DNA from: an uncultured Gemmatimonadota bacterium
GTDB lineage: Bacteria; SM23-81; DAOVCL01
Assembly: GCA_964626665.1 (NCBI GenBank)
Contig: CAZVGK010000009.1
Span: forward strand, 1 to 64,000
Direction of reading: 5' to 3'
Length of the DNA stretch: 64,000 nucleotides
A model generated the notes under the pieces. The model worked only from the letters and a program-made list of their open reading frames with translations. It searched no databases and was not told the origin of the DNA. The first letter of the stretch is position 1. Every line of letters begins with the position of its first letter. Below are positions 12,001-22,000 of the stretch, piece after piece. The translations under genes were made by a program, and so were the position numbers.

Positions 12001-12885
12001 CAACAGCCAGTTCTCGATTCGGTTGGCTCCCAGACTGTGGCTGAGGGGGATAGCCTAAGTATTCTGGTTTCTGCATCCGATCCTGATAACGAATTCCCCT
12101 CCCTTTCTGCAGAAGATTTGCCGCCTAATTGCACTTTTGAGGATTATGGCGACGGAACGGGGATGTTTGTCTTTAAGCCGGACTTTATGCAGGCGGGGAT
12201 AGATACGGTACTCTTCATCTGCGCGGATGACAGTGTCCCATCTCTGGCGGACACCGAAGTGGTGGTGGTCACGGTTACCGATGTAAACCAGCCTCCTTCC
12301 TTTGTTCCCATTTCACCTCAAACGGTCTTAATAGGAGACACCCTAAACTTTATCGTTGTAGCTACCGACTCCACGGATCCACACGGTCCCAACCTCACCT
12401 TGATGGTTCTGGACACCCTGAATCATTCCACCGTTGTGGACAGTGGTGGTGGAATGGGGGGATATGAGTTCGCTCCGGATTCCAATCAGGTGAGAACGGA
12501 TACGGTGAGATTCGTTTGCACTGACGGCGGGAGCACACCCCTGGCAGATACACTGGAGGTGGTGATACAGGTCAACTTGGAAACCGGTAGTGATATGGAT
12601 GAGCTGAGTGGTAAGATTCCTAAGGTTTTCGCTCTACATCAAAACTATCCCAATCCGTTTAATGCCCTTACTGTGGTAAGATATGATCTTCCCGCCGATT
12701 GCTGGGTGAAAATCGAGGTTTACGATATTTTGGGACGGAGAGTCGCTACTTTGGTGGATGGGTTAGAAAAGGTTGGCTTTAAGAGGATGAGTTGGGAGGC
12801 TGGATCATTGGCCAGCGGGGTATATTTTTACAGGATAGAGGCTGGAAAGTTTGATGCCGTTCGCAAGATGGTGCTTTTGAAGTGA
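6043..12885 (+). CDS. Giant secreted Ig/cadherin-like repeat protein with FN3-like, IPT/TIG and PKD domains and a CTD
   Basis: GGAGG at 6033 then ATG 6043; signal peptide ending VFA-Q; ISPDTGPTAGGTFVTIKGENF (IPT/TIG); many Ig repeats; [10 protein letters not shown]...RKMVLLK end. Confidence 0.85.
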   Translation: MMPREMLITVKKLIKGALKWKLLVFFSLWLLFTPWSRVFAQGSITGTVNNSDMGIPADSEVTFWGFLDDTDEEIRTELSDGAGYQNGNWWDDFQNYGTEAAGNPYDYLFSNLINGEFYHLEGLIPNNSYQEENIVLASGSNPSKPTGVKARVTSTSRVVVSWNKVAGITYHVYRRYTSSNGSLFRLDDTGGSLANPGVSDSFFVDNTVDGINSYTYMVIGEDASGNYAPHSDEASANSSVPTAPVVLSISPDTGPTAGGTFVTIKGENFDENGVTVTIGENTASNVVVNSPFELTCLTPAGSAGSVDVVVTNTASGLVSSPLVGGFTYYVNTPPVADAGPNQLGIIAGTLVTLDGSGSYDTDGDPLSYHWSQISGPGVVLSDSNIVNPTFTPDTGGTYYFQLYVDDAIAYSQPDTVMITVENQAPVLDPIGPRVMDEGDTLEFRVHATDPDGDSIILTAQNTPMNSSFVDSGNGAGSFTFTPDYTQSGIYNVTFIASDGSLADSEVVEITVNNVNQPPELASIGPKSVTEGDTLSFRVSATDPDGTTPTLSASPLPTNAAFVDSGNGAGSFTFTPDFTQSGSYPITFVASDGVLADSEVVTVTVNEVGNQAPDLVDQPDTTIVEGQNLTFTLSATDPDLDNISYSSPDLPTGATLNSTTGVFDWTPDYTQAGVDTVTFVATDDGSPVLADTELTVLTVNEVGNQAPDLTDQADTTIVEGQNLTFTLSATDPDLDNISYSSPDLPTGATLNSTTGVFDWTPDYTQAGVDTVTFVATDDGSPVLADTELTVLTVNEVGNQAPDLADQPDTSIVEGQYLTFTLVATDPDRDSISYSSPDLPTGATLDGATGVFEWTPDYTQGGVDTVTFVATDDGSPVLADTELTVLTVNEVGNQAPELASIGPKSVTEGDTLSFRVSATDPDGTTPSLSAEDLPPTNATFVDSGNGAGSFVFTPDYTQSGSYNVTFIASDGSLADSELVAITVNEAGNHRPDLADQPDTTILEGQNLTFTLQTTDLDLDSITYSSPDLPTGASLDSVSGTFDWTPDYNQAGAYVVTFIATDNGSPALADTESIQITVVESGANHPPIFISTPDSVSVSEAETLIVSITASDPDGNSVVLTSGPLPVHSFFTDQGGGVGEFTFTPDYYQAGVDTVTFYATDDGTPPMSGTHNLVITVVDVNLAPDVLPIDDQTVPEGQTLTFTVVATDSTSPSGSQGLVLTASGVPTNASFADSGNGRGGFSFTPDYSQAGEVDTVTFVCMDNGSPPLSSYEKVVITVTESNRPPYFVSCPDWKAMWEGDTVSFTVVAADSDGDSLVLVALDQENPGHELPPNSSFTDNGDGTADFVFTPDFTQSAIYSIAFKVSDGYSVVKKTVPIQVNETGNHNPVLDPIFAPAVMEGETLTFAVSGYDPDKDPVTLSVIDTLPPNATFTDSGNGLGSFVFSPDFTQSGSYPLTFVITDSSSAADSQLVTILVTEAGNQPPVLDSIGTQSVVEGDTLAFTITASDPEGDSLSLSAGNLPQNANFVDNGDGTGDFTFTPDFTQSGQYAVTFKAIDDSAAADSELVQITVVEAGNHPPVLGHIDNWAIYEAETLNVSITATDVDEDSITLSAANQPQNSTFTDNGDGTGDFLFIPDYDQAGIYNITFIASDGVLADSAVMRVTVVNVNRPPVIDSVSPQTVAEGDSLDLLVHATDPDADRFSFAAEQLLPNSSFTDHGNGSGSFIFEPDYMQAGSDTVVFICTDEGSPPLADTEVVVITVTDVNQPPSFVPIPPQSIFVGDTLRFSMVATDSTDPVGPNLALTVLDTLDHSAFVDSGGGIGGYEFAPDSNQVGTDTVRFVCTDGGSPPLADTLEVVIDIRAVNHPPVLDPIGPRTVTEGDTISFTVTASDPDGDSLTLSVGPLPSNATFTDNGDGTGDFLFTPDYTKSGTYEILFIASDGAVATSGRALATTSKLITIGGDMMGIGDFKQDEALADSELVTIDVLEAGNQQPVLDSVGSQTVAEGDSLSILVSASDPDNEFPSLSAEDLPPNCTFEDYGDGTGMFVFKPDFMQAGIDTVLFICADDSVPSLADTEVVVVTVTDVNQPPSFVPISPQTVLIGDTLNFIVVATDSTDPHGPNLTLMVLDTLNHSTVVDSGGGMGGYEFAPDSNQVRTDTVRFVCTDGGSTPLADTLEVVIQVNLETGSDMDELSGKIPKVFALHQNYPNPFNALTVVRYDLPADCWVKIEVYDILGRRVATLVDGLEKVGFKRMSWEAGSLASGVYFYRIEAGKFDAVRKMVLLK

Positions 12886-12904
12886 GGCCTAAAAGATCCA
12901 CTGA

Positions 12905-13040
12905 GCCGTCAGATTCCCAAATCTGACGGCAAAGGCCCCAACATCGAGCGGTCAGATGCCCTCATCTGACCGCAGAGGAGGTTGGTGGCAGAATTGGGAT
13001 TTTGCCACCTCTGCTGAGGGGTTCTGCCACCTCGGTTTTG
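12905..13040. repeat. REP-like palindrome cluster, copy 1
   Basis: Hairpins GCCGTCAGAT-N6-ATCTGACGGC, GCGGTCAGAT-N6-ATCTGACCGC and GGTGGCAGAA-N7-TTTTGCCACC. Confidence 0.8.
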
Positions 13041-13142
13041 GTCGTAACTGAAGGGGTATGTCCCCTTTTAAACCACCCCCGACATTACGGAATTACCTGG
13101 GAATTCTGAAATGTATATGAGCCTTTAAGAGCTAAAAAAATC

Positions 13143-13171
13143 TTGACAATTCTATTTGTATTTCGTATCTT
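13143..13171 (+). promoter_or_regulatory. sigma70-type promoter
   Basis: TTGACA-17 nt-TATCTT. Confidence 0.65.
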
Positions 13172-13177
13172 TAAGGT

Positions 13178-13386
13178 ATAAAGTTTTGGGGAGCTGAAGG
13201 CTCTTCTCTTAAAAGTGTATTGTCTCTGTTCTGCTCGTGAGGACAATGACTTCGGTGGACTGGATAGTAAGGAACTATGGGTCAGAAGGAGACAAAGGAC
13301 AAGGTTTACAGTTATCGTCTTTTGCCTGTGAAGTGTGATGGCCGGTCTGCTTAAGAAGGACCTCTTTGAGCAGCTCGGCCTTTTTT
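13178..13386 (+). ncRNA. Candidate structured RNA or attenuator leader
   Basis: Lies between the promoter and a hairpin+T6. Stems TTGTCTCT/GGAGACAA, TTCTG/CAGAA and CTCGTG/TATGGG, with a cUUCGg loop. Confidence 0.4.
13340..13386 (+). terminator. Intrinsic terminator-like hairpin
   Basis: GGCCG..CTGCTT..GAGCAG..CGGCC followed by TTTTTT. Confidence 0.55.
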
Positions 13387-13443
13387 GTAGGGGGTGATTG
13401 TATGAAGAATTCTGCGGAGTAACGGATTTCAAGGAGTTTGGAT

Positions 13444-13518
13444 TCGAGCGGTCAGATGCCCTTATCTGACCGCAGAGGAGGTTGGTGGCAGAATTGGGAT
13501 TTTGCCACCTCGGTTTTG
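13444..13518. repeat. REP-like palindrome cluster, copy 2
   Basis: 68-bp direct copy of 12944-13011 with one mismatch, 500 bp downstream. Confidence 0.9.
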
Positions 13519-13563
13519 AATGTATTATGAAGGCCTTTATGCTTAAAGAGGGGGTGAATAGAA

Positions 13564-16491
13564 ATGGAATTAAGAAGTAAAGTTTGGATGGGGATAGCGC
13601 TCCTCGTAGTCGCGATCTTAATAGGAGCAGCTCAGGGGGAGCAGATAATAAGGACTTTTCCGGCTCCGGGTGGATATCATGCTTATGGTCTTACCTGGGA
13701 TGGCCACAACCTATGGGTAGGTGACGATTTGCATGGTGATATCTATAAGGTTGATCCGGCAGATGGAACAGCTTTGGATACCATCCCCGGAGCGCCGGAG
13801 GCCAACCATGGTTTAGCCTGGGATGGAGAGTACCTATGGGTCTCAGGGGATTATCGCACCGATTACATCTATCAGATTGATACCTTGGGGGTAAAAGTCG
13901 ATTCCATCTTGAATGTTGGGGGTGATTATTCAGGAGGATTAACCTGGCAAGGGGATAGATACCTCTGGGTCACCAGATATTATCCCAATAGCCAGCCTAA
14001 TCTCTTTAAGGTGGATGTGACAAGTGGTTTAGCAGTGGACACCATTCCTTCCCAGGGACTTCAGCCCCAGGGGCTGGCCTGGGATGGGGAGTACTTGTGG
14101 AATGTTCAGGACGACAACGATGACGATCCGGAGAAGGTTTGGAAATTGGATCCGGTCACCGGGGATACCTTGATGTGGTTCTGGGTTCCGGGAGCACCCC
14201 AGTCGGATGCCCGACCCAGGGGACTGACCTGGGATGGGGGATATCTCTGGCTGGTGGCTAACAGCAACCTCTATCAGATTGACCCTTATGGAACAGGAAC
14301 CCCGGAGATTGAGCTTTCAGCGAGTGAGTATAATTTTGGATCTGTGATCATTGACTCGGTAGCTGAGTGGGAGTTGGGTATCTCCAATGTAGGAGGGGCC
14401 GATCTCATAGTGGACAGTCTCGGTTTTGATGATCCGGCCTTTTCTACATTAGAGACCTTTCCGGATACTATCGAGTCTGATTCCACCCATTGGGTTACTA
14501 TCCACTTTTCCCCCGATAGCTATGAAGCCCATTCCTGCACCTTAGCTGTGCATAGCAATGATCCGGTAAGCCCTACTGTTGATGTAAGCTTAACCGGCTT
14601 CGGTATGTTCGCCGAACAGGAGATAGATATATCTACTTCCTCCCATAATTACGGCCTGGTAAGGGTGCAGGGTTCCAAGAGGTGGAAGTTGCATATCCAG
14701 AATCAGGGGGCAAAACCCTTGGAGATCTATAAAGCAGTCTTTGATAAACCGGATTTCTACATCACCGGAGTAGATTTTCCTGTGCTTATCGACTCCCTCC
14801 AGAGCTATGATCTCCCTGTCTGGTTTTCTCCCTCTTATGGGGGAAGTTTCGGCAGTTTAATGACCCTCTACAACAATGATGAGGATGAGGATACCATCTT
14901 TGTTGACCTATCCGGCACGGGAACCCCTGGCCCCTTTGCTCCTGGCGAGGTGCTCTACAGTTTTCAGGCCACGGACGAGTATGATCCATCGATAAAGGCG
15001 GTAAGATCAATTGCCGATGTAAACGGCGATGGGGTGGACGATGTGGTTGCTGGCTCGGAGAACGACACCATCTACTGTTTTAATGGCAACAGCTCAGGTT
15101 CTCCGGATGTCCTCTGGACCTTCGTGACATCTGCCCTTTGGCGAGAGCAGGAGCTTATCAGTGTTCCTGATTTGGATGGGGATGGGGTGGGGGATGTGGT
15201 TATCGGCACCCCCTGGGGTGGAAGGTCAATTATTGCCATATCAGGCAAGACAGGGGAGCAAATCTGGCAACACGATACTCACGAATATGGTGACGGGGGG
15301 TGGGTTTATGAGGTAGCCCTTACTGTGGATGTGGATGATGATGGCCTTCCTGATATACTGGCCGCCGCCGGCGACGATGCTAATGGCAGTGGACCAGGCG
15401 GTGCCTACTGCCTCTCCGGAGCCAGTGGTGGAACGATATGGCACAAAAGGTTGGTCCCTTATGGAACGCATGTTGCCGCTTTTTCCGTCAGGGGAATAGA
15501 CGATATCAACGGCGATGGCATCCCAGAGGTGGCAGTAGGCACTGGGGATACCGATCCCGATGTCCATCGGATTTGGCTGCTCAACGGTGCTACAGGAGAT
15601 ACGATATGGAGCTACATAACGGGGACTGTGGTCTGGTCAGTAGCCCCCATTGCCGATATTACCGGCGATGGGAAGAAGGATATAGTGGCTGGAGCAGGGA
15701 TATCGAGTGGAGCGGTCTATCTATTTGATATTACCTATGGAAGGGTTCCTATCTGGAGCAAGAGTCTGGATGGGGGGGTGGTAAAGCTTGAGGTCTGCTC
15801 CGATGTCAACTCCTCCGGCTATGACGATATAGTTCCTTCAGGTCTTATGTCCACTTTTTACTGTTTAGAGGGCTTGGACGGCGGTTTTGTCTGGAGTTAC
15901 CCCAGTGGGCATATGGCCTTCTCCGCCTCGGTCATACCGGATATAAACGGTGACCATATCCCTGATGTGATTGGGGGTTCTGGATATAATGTGGATTCGG
16001 TCTATTGCTTCTTGGGCAAGACCGGCGAGAGGTTCTGGACATATCCGGCAGGATCTGCGGTGGAGGCAACCGGCTATCTGGGCCATGTTGCGGGAAGCTT
16101 CACCCCTGTTGCCTTGGCTGGCACTAGGGATGGCCTGGTTTTGGCCCTGGCTGGAGGGAATATCGTTGTGCCGGTGGAGGGAGAACAGGTTACCTCTTCG
16201 CTTCCAGAGCATTTTGATTTGCTGCAGAATTATCCAAACCCGTTTAATTCGACTACAGCAATCAGCTATCAGTTGTCAGCGGTCGGTTCCCACCACACCT
16301 CCCTAAAGATTTACAATGTGCTGGGGCGGGAAGTGAAAACTCTGGTGGATAGAGAGCAGCCTGCGGGCAACTATAGGGTTTTATGGGATGGGAAGGATGG
16401 AAAAGGCAGGGAAGTGGCCAGCGGGATCTATCTTTGCCGGTTGAAAACAGAGGAGGCGAATTTGGTTAAGAAGATGATTCTGCTGAAATAA
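13564..16491 (+). CDS. Secreted protein: GLxWDG beta-propeller, two choice-of-anchor-D/ASH-like Ig domains, FG-GAP/PQQ-like propeller, FlgD-type CTD
   Basis: Signal peptide; five GL(T/A)W(D/Q)G..LW repeats; DxxGDGxxD repeats; QNYPNPFN...WDGKD..G..VASGIY. Confidence 0.8.
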   Translation: MELRSKVWMGIALLVVAILIGAAQGEQIIRTFPAPGGYHAYGLTWDGHNLWVGDDLHGDIYKVDPADGTALDTIPGAPEANHGLAWDGEYLWVSGDYRTDYIYQIDTLGVKVDSILNVGGDYSGGLTWQGDRYLWVTRYYPNSQPNLFKVDVTSGLAVDTIPSQGLQPQGLAWDGEYLWNVQDDNDDDPEKVWKLDPVTGDTLMWFWVPGAPQSDARPRGLTWDGGYLWLVANSNLYQIDPYGTGTPEIELSASEYNFGSVIIDSVAEWELGISNVGGADLIVDSLGFDDPAFSTLETFPDTIESDSTHWVTIHFSPDSYEAHSCTLAVHSNDPVSPTVDVSLTGFGMFAEQEIDISTSSHNYGLVRVQGSKRWKLHIQNQGAKPLEIYKAVFDKPDFYITGVDFPVLIDSLQSYDLPVWFSPSYGGSFGSLMTLYNNDEDEDTIFVDLSGTGTPGPFAPGEVLYSFQATDEYDPSIKAVRSIADVNGDGVDDVVAGSENDTIYCFNGNSSGSPDVLWTFVTSALWREQELISVPDLDGDGVGDVVIGTPWGGRSIIAISGKTGEQIWQHDTHEYGDGGWVYEVALTVDVDDDGLPDILAAAGDDANGSGPGGAYCLSGASGGTIWHKRLVPYGTHVAAFSVRGIDDINGDGIPEVAVGTGDTDPDVHRIWLLNGATGDTIWSYITGTVVWSVAPIADITGDGKKDIVAGAGISSGAVYLFDITYGRVPIWSKSLDGGVVKLEVCSDVNSSGYDDIVPSGLMSTFYCLEGLDGGFVWSYPSGHMAFSASVIPDINGDHIPDVIGGSGYNVDSVYCFLGKTGERFWTYPAGSAVEATGYLGHVAGSFTPVALAGTRDGLVLALAGGNIVVPVEGEQVTSSLPEHFDLLQNYPNPFNSTTAISYQLSAVGSHHTSLKIYNVLGREVKTLVDREQPAGNYRVLWDGKDGKGREVASGIYLCRLKTEEANLVKKMILLK

Positions 16492-16510
16492 GGCCAAAGT
16501 AGAAGCTTTG

Positions 16511-16773
16511 GAACACGAATGTCACGAATGGACGAATCTACACGAATAGATAAAGAGATTATAACAGTTCACCACGGAATATAACGAAATTAGACGGAGA
16601 ATTTTTGTCAACCAATCTTTGTAACCCCTGCTCTTTGTGGATGTTATCATCCACAAAGAATTTCTTCCATCAGGGCAGGAGCCCTGACGGCACAGGAACG
16701 GACGTAAGTCTTCAACTTTGCTATTTCTCCTGATCCCTGTAAACTATTCCGGTGTTATTTGTCCATTCGTGGG
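16511..16773. repeat. CACGAAT-repeat element with nested palindromes
   Basis: Left end GAACACGAATGTCACGAATGGACGAATCTACACGAAT; right end TCCATTCGTG; internal palindrome TCTTTGTGGATG-TTAT-CATCCACAAAGA. Confidence 0.6.
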
Positions 16774-16778
16774 ACCTG

Positions 16779-16804
16779 CCCCGCACTTATGCATAAGTGC
16801 GGGG
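16779..16804. repeat. Perfect 26-bp palindrome
   Basis: CCCCGCACTTATGCATAAGTGCGGGG is its own reverse complement. Confidence 0.95.
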
Positions 16805-16869
16805 TGAATGTTCAAGGCTTTATTTATATAGGAAAAGAGAAGGGTAATTTCATAACTCAAGGGGGTAAG

Positions 16870-19800
16870 ATGTTTAAAAGAAGTTTTGCTACGGTGATGT
16901 TGGCCATCCTGGGCTTGATGGCCATAAATGTCTTTTTTGCTGGGGCATCTTTCGCATCTTGGGAGGACGACTTAGAGGTAAACCCTCGGATAAATGTCGT
17001 CCACCTTACGGATACGGATATCAACACTCAGTACTACTTTCTGGCCGCCGTTCCTATGGCGATTTTTCACTACAACGGCAAGGTTTACTCCTCACTGATT
17101 GTTCCGGATGTCCTCTCTGACTCCACGGTGGCTCATATCGTTGATGACTGGAAGGTTTATTTAAATCAGCATTCTGGGGAGAAGAGGCATGCCAACTTCA
17201 TCGGGGGGGTATCATCATCTGTCCAGGATGCTATAAAGTCTAAGTTTGGTATAACCGATGATCAGGATGTGAACATCATTGAGGGAACTCCCATTGAAGT
17301 TGCCAATCAGATTGCGGAGAAAGACTGGAAACACTCCGATTATGTAGTTATTGCTCCCTATGTCTCCTCACCTTCTGATCATACTATAGAGTCCATTTCT
17401 AATGCAGCAGCCATAGCTGCAGTTCTCAATGCTCCACTTCTCTTCGCTTATCCCGATTCTCTCTCCCAGGGGACTTTAACTTCCATAGCCAAAGTTGGGG
17501 CTACCAGTGCGATTTTAGTGGAGATCGACGATGTTTTATCAGATAATGTAAACACTCAGTTGACGAATTCCGGAGTGGGCATACCGGATGACCTGACCAC
17601 AGAGGGCCAAATTGTGACTAAAATGAGGGGACTATCGGGTCATTCCACCCTCTGCGGGATTGTGAACAACTGGCAGAATCTGCCCGCTGCCCTGGCTGGG
17701 GCCAGATATGGGGGGTATGTTCTCTACCTGCCCAGTGGGTTGAATAAGTTGGCAAATAGCCTGCATAGGAGGATAATGGCCGATCCTGAACTACAGAGCT
17801 TCTATAAACTGGCCAAACCTGTGGTTCGCAGGGCGTGGATCAAGCTAAGTGAGGACGAGATTGCCCAGAACTTCTATAATTGGCTGACACCGTTAGGAGG
17901 AGATGACCCCGATACCTTGGAGACGGTGGTCACCTTCGAGCCTCAGGGCACCGGTGGAGGGGACTTGGAGACTACCTTTGATCGAGCTATTACTGGGGAC
18001 TTTTCCGATCTCACCCGTAAAGGGGCCATAACTGGAAGGATGCCCTTGGCTTGGCTGAAAAATATAGCTCTATTGAATAGGACATCAATGTATAGGGCGA
18101 CCATCTTTGCCAATCCCCGGCCCACTCATATTACCCTGGCAATGAACGCCTATGAGGTGCAACATTTGGTGGATGAAGCGGGGGGGAATACCCCACCCGA
18201 TAGCTGGGGGTTGAACCACATAACCAACGAGATGTTTGGCTGGCCTTACCGCGGCTGGTGTGCAGACAACGGCTATTTTCCTTGGGATGACATCCATTCT
18301 AATGCCCCGGATCTATCCCCCATCTTTCCTCCAGGTCCTGGTGATGGCGCTGACCACGACCCAGGGCAATTCGCCTCGTTCCTTAGCGGTGGTTATGAGA
18401 CCCACTTTCATTCGGGTTCTGAGGCTGGAACAGGATCTCATCTGGCACAGCCGGATGTCTCCAATATCGGTTTTGTGCAGGATGCTGAGGATGGTTCAGC
18501 TTTTTTGTATTTCAGTTGTCACGGTGGAGGAACCTCAATTGCTGTGAAGAATACGGACAACGGGATCGCTCAGGATGGCACGGGGGAGGCCTGGGGGGAT
18601 CCCTATTGGCCAGACGACGATGGGAGAACCTATGACGGCAGCGCCGGTGGAAGTTATTCCCAGACAGATTTGGATAATGATCTGACCAATGCTCACGGGA
18701 TGATGGTTGCCTATAATGCCTGTGGGATGGCCAATGGATATATGAATGAGATTGTGCTGGAACATGGTGGGACCGTTTCTATAGGCAGTTACACATCTGT
18801 GAGCTTCTGTGGCTCCGGTTGGTGGTGGAACCTCTGGGTCCATCTGGTTACCCATGAGGGTTACACCGCAGGGGAAGCGGCAGCTTATGCCACGGCGAGG
18901 GAGGCACCTCTCCACACCCCCGCCTCAAAGGGGGTGGATAATACCCTTTATTATGTGGTCTATGGGGATCCCTATACCCCATTTGCTCAAACCGACTGGA
19001 CATCACCCGATCCAGCCCCCATAAATGTAAATTATGGTGGCCATAAGCCGGACAAGCCGGCAAATGAGCTCGCCGGATCTGTTGTTCCCGATACCATCCA
19101 GGTAAATGTTCCCACTCAGGTTGCGGTTACTCTATTGGATTCCTTAGGGGGAGGCATTGATAGCGTCTTAGTAACCATCAGCGGCTGGGGATATTCTGCA
19201 GTGGACACTACAGATACATTAGGGCAGGCTATATTTAACATCACTGCCCCTTATGGTGAGCTCTTGCTGGTTACCGGTGAGAAGGAATCATTTGACACCT
19301 ATCTGGATACTATCTATGTTGTGGGAGCCAGTGATTTCCTCTCTGCAGAGATATCGGCCAGCGTGGCTAGCATTGGATTGACCGATACCCTTGCCCCCTA
19401 CTACGAGGGGGTTATTACTGGAGAATGCAGTGAGTCAGGGTTTACTCTTTTGGCTAAAGGGTGTGAGGTGGATACAAGTACAGTGACCAGTGGGGACTCG
19501 GTTGACCTAGCGGTCACCCCTTACACCACCGGTTCCATCCAGGGGGTGATAGCTAAATCTGGCTTTAACCTCTACCTGGAGAATATCCCGGTAATCAATG
19601 TATATGGCACCCTTTCCGGTGTGGTCATAGACAGTGCCACCTCGGATTCTCTGGCCAATGTTTTGGTTAGAGGTTTTACCCATGGGGCAGATACAAGTTT
19701 GGTTAACCCAATCTTTGAGGAACTCACCGATTCCAATGGTGTCTATTCGGTGGGCTTTGATCTGACAGTGGGAGAGTATGACCTCTATGTGCAACAGTTT

Positions 19801-21975
19801 GGTTACCTTCCCTTTGCGGGGACAGCTATGGTGATGTATGGGGCGACTACCTTTGACATAGCCCTTTCACCAGCTCCCAGCGGCACTGTGTCCGGTACGG
19901 TCTATGAAGAGACTACTATGAAGCCATTAACCGCTACTATTAAGATCTTCCGTAGTGACAATATGGAGCTATATACCATCGTCTATACCGATTCCCTGGC
20001 TGGGGGCACCTATACGGTTGATCTGCCATATTTTACCTACAATTTTAAAGTCACATCCTACTATCACATCCCCTTAAGCCGGGATGTAACTGTTGATCTT
20101 CCCTCCCAAACTCAGGATTTCAAGATGGCCACTAGTATGGGTAACATCTTGGTGATCAACGACGATGATGGTTCCAAAGGCGGGAGGAAAGTCCTCAAGG
20201 ATGGTAGGGTGATTGAGGCTGGGGAGGACAAAAACAAGGTTGGAGAGGCAGCCGATGATATCTTTCGCTATCTATCTGATCTGGGTTATTATGTAGTTCA
20301 AGAGGAGGCGGGCTCCACTGATCCGAACAATTGGCCTAATTATGATATATTGGTGTGGAGCGATGGTGATGATACCCAACCGGTGGCAGATGAGGGTTAC
20401 CGCACCGCACTGGGGGAGTGGGTGGAAAATGGTGGAAAACTCCTCATAGAGGGGGGGGAGGTTGGTTATGATGCGGCGAGCTATCCCGGATATCCAGATT
20501 TTGCCCAGTATGTGCTCCATGTCAGTGGGTGGAGCGGAGATGAATCCGGCAACCTGGTATTGACAAATACTACCCATCCCCTGGCTACTACCCCTAACCA
20601 ACTGCCCAACTCCATTGGGATCTCTTACAATAGTACAGGGGACCAGGATGCTATGCAACCGGCATCTGATGCTTACAATGTCTATGAATGTAAAAATAAG
20701 CCTGGGAATGCGGGTATACTCGTCTACGATGATACCCCCAGCCCCCAGAGTGCTCAAGTTATCTTCTATTGCTTCGACTTTACTGCCCTCTCAGATACTA
20801 TGGTGGCCAAAGAGCTCGTGGAGAATACGGCCAGTTACCTACTGAGCCCGGAGCCTCCTCCCACAGGAGGAATATCTGGGACAGTAGACCTCCTGGGCGC
20901 CGAAGATGATAGCGGCGCTGTTATAACTGCTTCCTGTGGAGGATTTTCCCGCAGTGATACAACGGGATATGGGGGCGATTATCTGATAGGTAGCTTATAT
21001 CCCGGCTATTACCAAGTGAAAGCGCATAAGGATGACTATCAGGATTCAACTCTAACTCAAATTCTGGTGGGGGGTGGCCAGATTACCCAGGATGTTGACT
21101 TAGGACTCTATCCAGTGGTAGTTATCTTCAGCACAGATTTCGATGCCAACAATGGTGGATTTACTGCCCAGGGGGAGGATTGGGAGTGGGGCCTCCCCAC
21201 TTCCGGGCCTGGCTCGGCCCATAGCGGAGCAAAGGTATGGGCTACCAAATTCGCTGGTGACTATTCAAGTAGCTCTGACTCCAAATTGGAATCCCCTTCC
21301 ATAGGTCTGAGTGGGATCTCAGAGGCGAAGTTAGAATTCTGGCACTGGTATTCATTTGAGGGGAGTGCTACCCATTACGATGGTGGCAATGTGAAGATCT
21401 CCGTGGATGGCGGACCGTTTGAGGTGATAACCCCTGAGGAAGGATATGATGGGACAATCTACTCCACCAATGCGGGTATTCCTAACGAAGAGGGATTTGC
21501 CTCACCTTCAGCGGGGAATTTCTGGCATAAGGAGGAGTTCAATTTAACCTCCTATGTTGACCATGAGGTGGTTATCCGTTTTCATTTTGGCAGTGATGGC
21601 TCGGTTACCTATCCGGGATGGTATGTGGATGACTTCAAGGTCTATTATGTGAATCATGAAGTCGGGTTGCGGAGGCATACAGCACAAGGTCAACTGCCTG
21701 AGGAATATTCTCTATCCCAGAACTATCCCAATCCGTTTAACCCAACCACTCTTATCCGCTACGCTCTTCCAGCGGTCAGCAATCAGTTGTCAGCGGTCAC
21801 CTTAGAGGTCTATAACATCTTGGGCCAAAAGGTAGCTACTTTAGTTGATCAGGAACAGAAACCGGGATATTATGATATTGGGTGGGATGCTTCCTCGTTA
21901 TCGAGTGGCATATATTTCTATCGCTTGAATGCCGGGGAATTTAGCCAGACAAGGAAGATGCTTTTGTTGAGGTAA
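16870..21975 (+). CDS. Divergent C25 (gingipain-like) cysteine peptidase with an N-terminal cell-wall-binding-2-like region, carboxypeptidase-regulatory-like domains and a CTD
   Basis: ATG 16870 gives a signal peptide; FSCHGG and AYNACG (His/Cys dyad); [20 protein letters not shown] (CWB2-like); [17 protein letters not shown]. Confidence 0.7.
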   Translation: MFKRSFATVMLAILGLMAINVFFAGASFASWEDDLEVNPRINVVHLTDTDINTQYYFLAAVPMAIFHYNGKVYSSLIVPDVLSDSTVAHIVDDWKVYLNQHSGEKRHANFIGGVSSSVQDAIKSKFGITDDQDVNIIEGTPIEVANQIAEKDWKHSDYVVIAPYVSSPSDHTIESISNAAAIAAVLNAPLLFAYPDSLSQGTLTSIAKVGATSAILVEIDDVLSDNVNTQLTNSGVGIPDDLTTEGQIVTKMRGLSGHSTLCGIVNNWQNLPAALAGARYGGYVLYLPSGLNKLANSLHRRIMADPELQSFYKLAKPVVRRAWIKLSEDEIAQNFYNWLTPLGGDDPDTLETVVTFEPQGTGGGDLETTFDRAITGDFSDLTRKGAITGRMPLAWLKNIALLNRTSMYRATIFANPRPTHITLAMNAYEVQHLVDEAGGNTPPDSWGLNHITNEMFGWPYRGWCADNGYFPWDDIHSNAPDLSPIFPPGPGDGADHDPGQFASFLSGGYETHFHSGSEAGTGSHLAQPDVSNIGFVQDAEDGSAFLYFSCHGGGTSIAVKNTDNGIAQDGTGEAWGDPYWPDDDGRTYDGSAGGSYSQTDLDNDLTNAHGMMVAYNACGMANGYMNEIVLEHGGTVSIGSYTSVSFCGSGWWWNLWVHLVTHEGYTAGEAAAYATAREAPLHTPASKGVDNTLYYVVYGDPYTPFAQTDWTSPDPAPINVNYGGHKPDKPANELAGSVVPDTIQVNVPTQVAVTLLDSLGGGIDSVLVTISGWGYSAVDTTDTLGQAIFNITAPYGELLLVTGEKESFDTYLDTIYVVGASDFLSAEISASVASIGLTDTLAPYYEGVITGECSESGFTLLAKGCEVDTSTVTSGDSVDLAVTPYTTGSIQGVIAKSGFNLYLENIPVINVYGTLSGVVIDSATSDSLANVLVRGFTHGADTSLVNPIFEELTDSNGVYSVGFDLTVGEYDLYVQQFGYLPFAGTAMVMYGATTFDIALSPAPSGTVSGTVYEETTMKPLTATIKIFRSDNMELYTIVYTDSLAGGTYTVDLPYFTYNFKVTSYYHIPLSRDVTVDLPSQTQDFKMATSMGNILVINDDDGSKGGRKVLKDGRVIEAGEDKNKVGEAADDIFRYLSDLGYYVVQEEAGSTDPNNWPNYDILVWSDGDDTQPVADEGYRTALGEWVENGGKLLIEGGEVGYDAASYPGYPDFAQYVLHVSGWSGDESGNLVLTNTTHPLATTPNQLPNSIGISYNSTGDQDAMQPASDAYNVYECKNKPGNAGILVYDDTPSPQSAQVIFYCFDFTALSDTMVAKELVENTASYLLSPEPPPTGGISGTVDLLGAEDDSGAVITASCGGFSRSDTTGYGGDYLIGSLYPGYYQVKAHKDDYQDSTLTQILVGGGQITQDVDLGLYPVVVIFSTDFDANNGGFTAQGEDWEWGLPTSGPGSAHSGAKVWATKFAGDYSSSSDSKLESPSIGLSGISEAKLEFWHWYSFEGSATHYDGGNVKISVDGGPFEVITPEEGYDGTIYSTNAGIPNEEGFASPSAGNFWHKEEFNLTSYVDHEVVIRFHFGSDGSVTYPGWYVDDFKVYYVNHEVGLRRHTAQGQLPEEYSLSQNYPNPFNPTTLIRYALPAVSNQLSAVTLEVYNILGQKVATLVDQEQKPGYYDIGWDASSLSSGIYFYRLNAGEFSQTRKMLLLR

Positions 21976-22000
21976 CTCAAATGATTTTTGAGGGGGGAAA

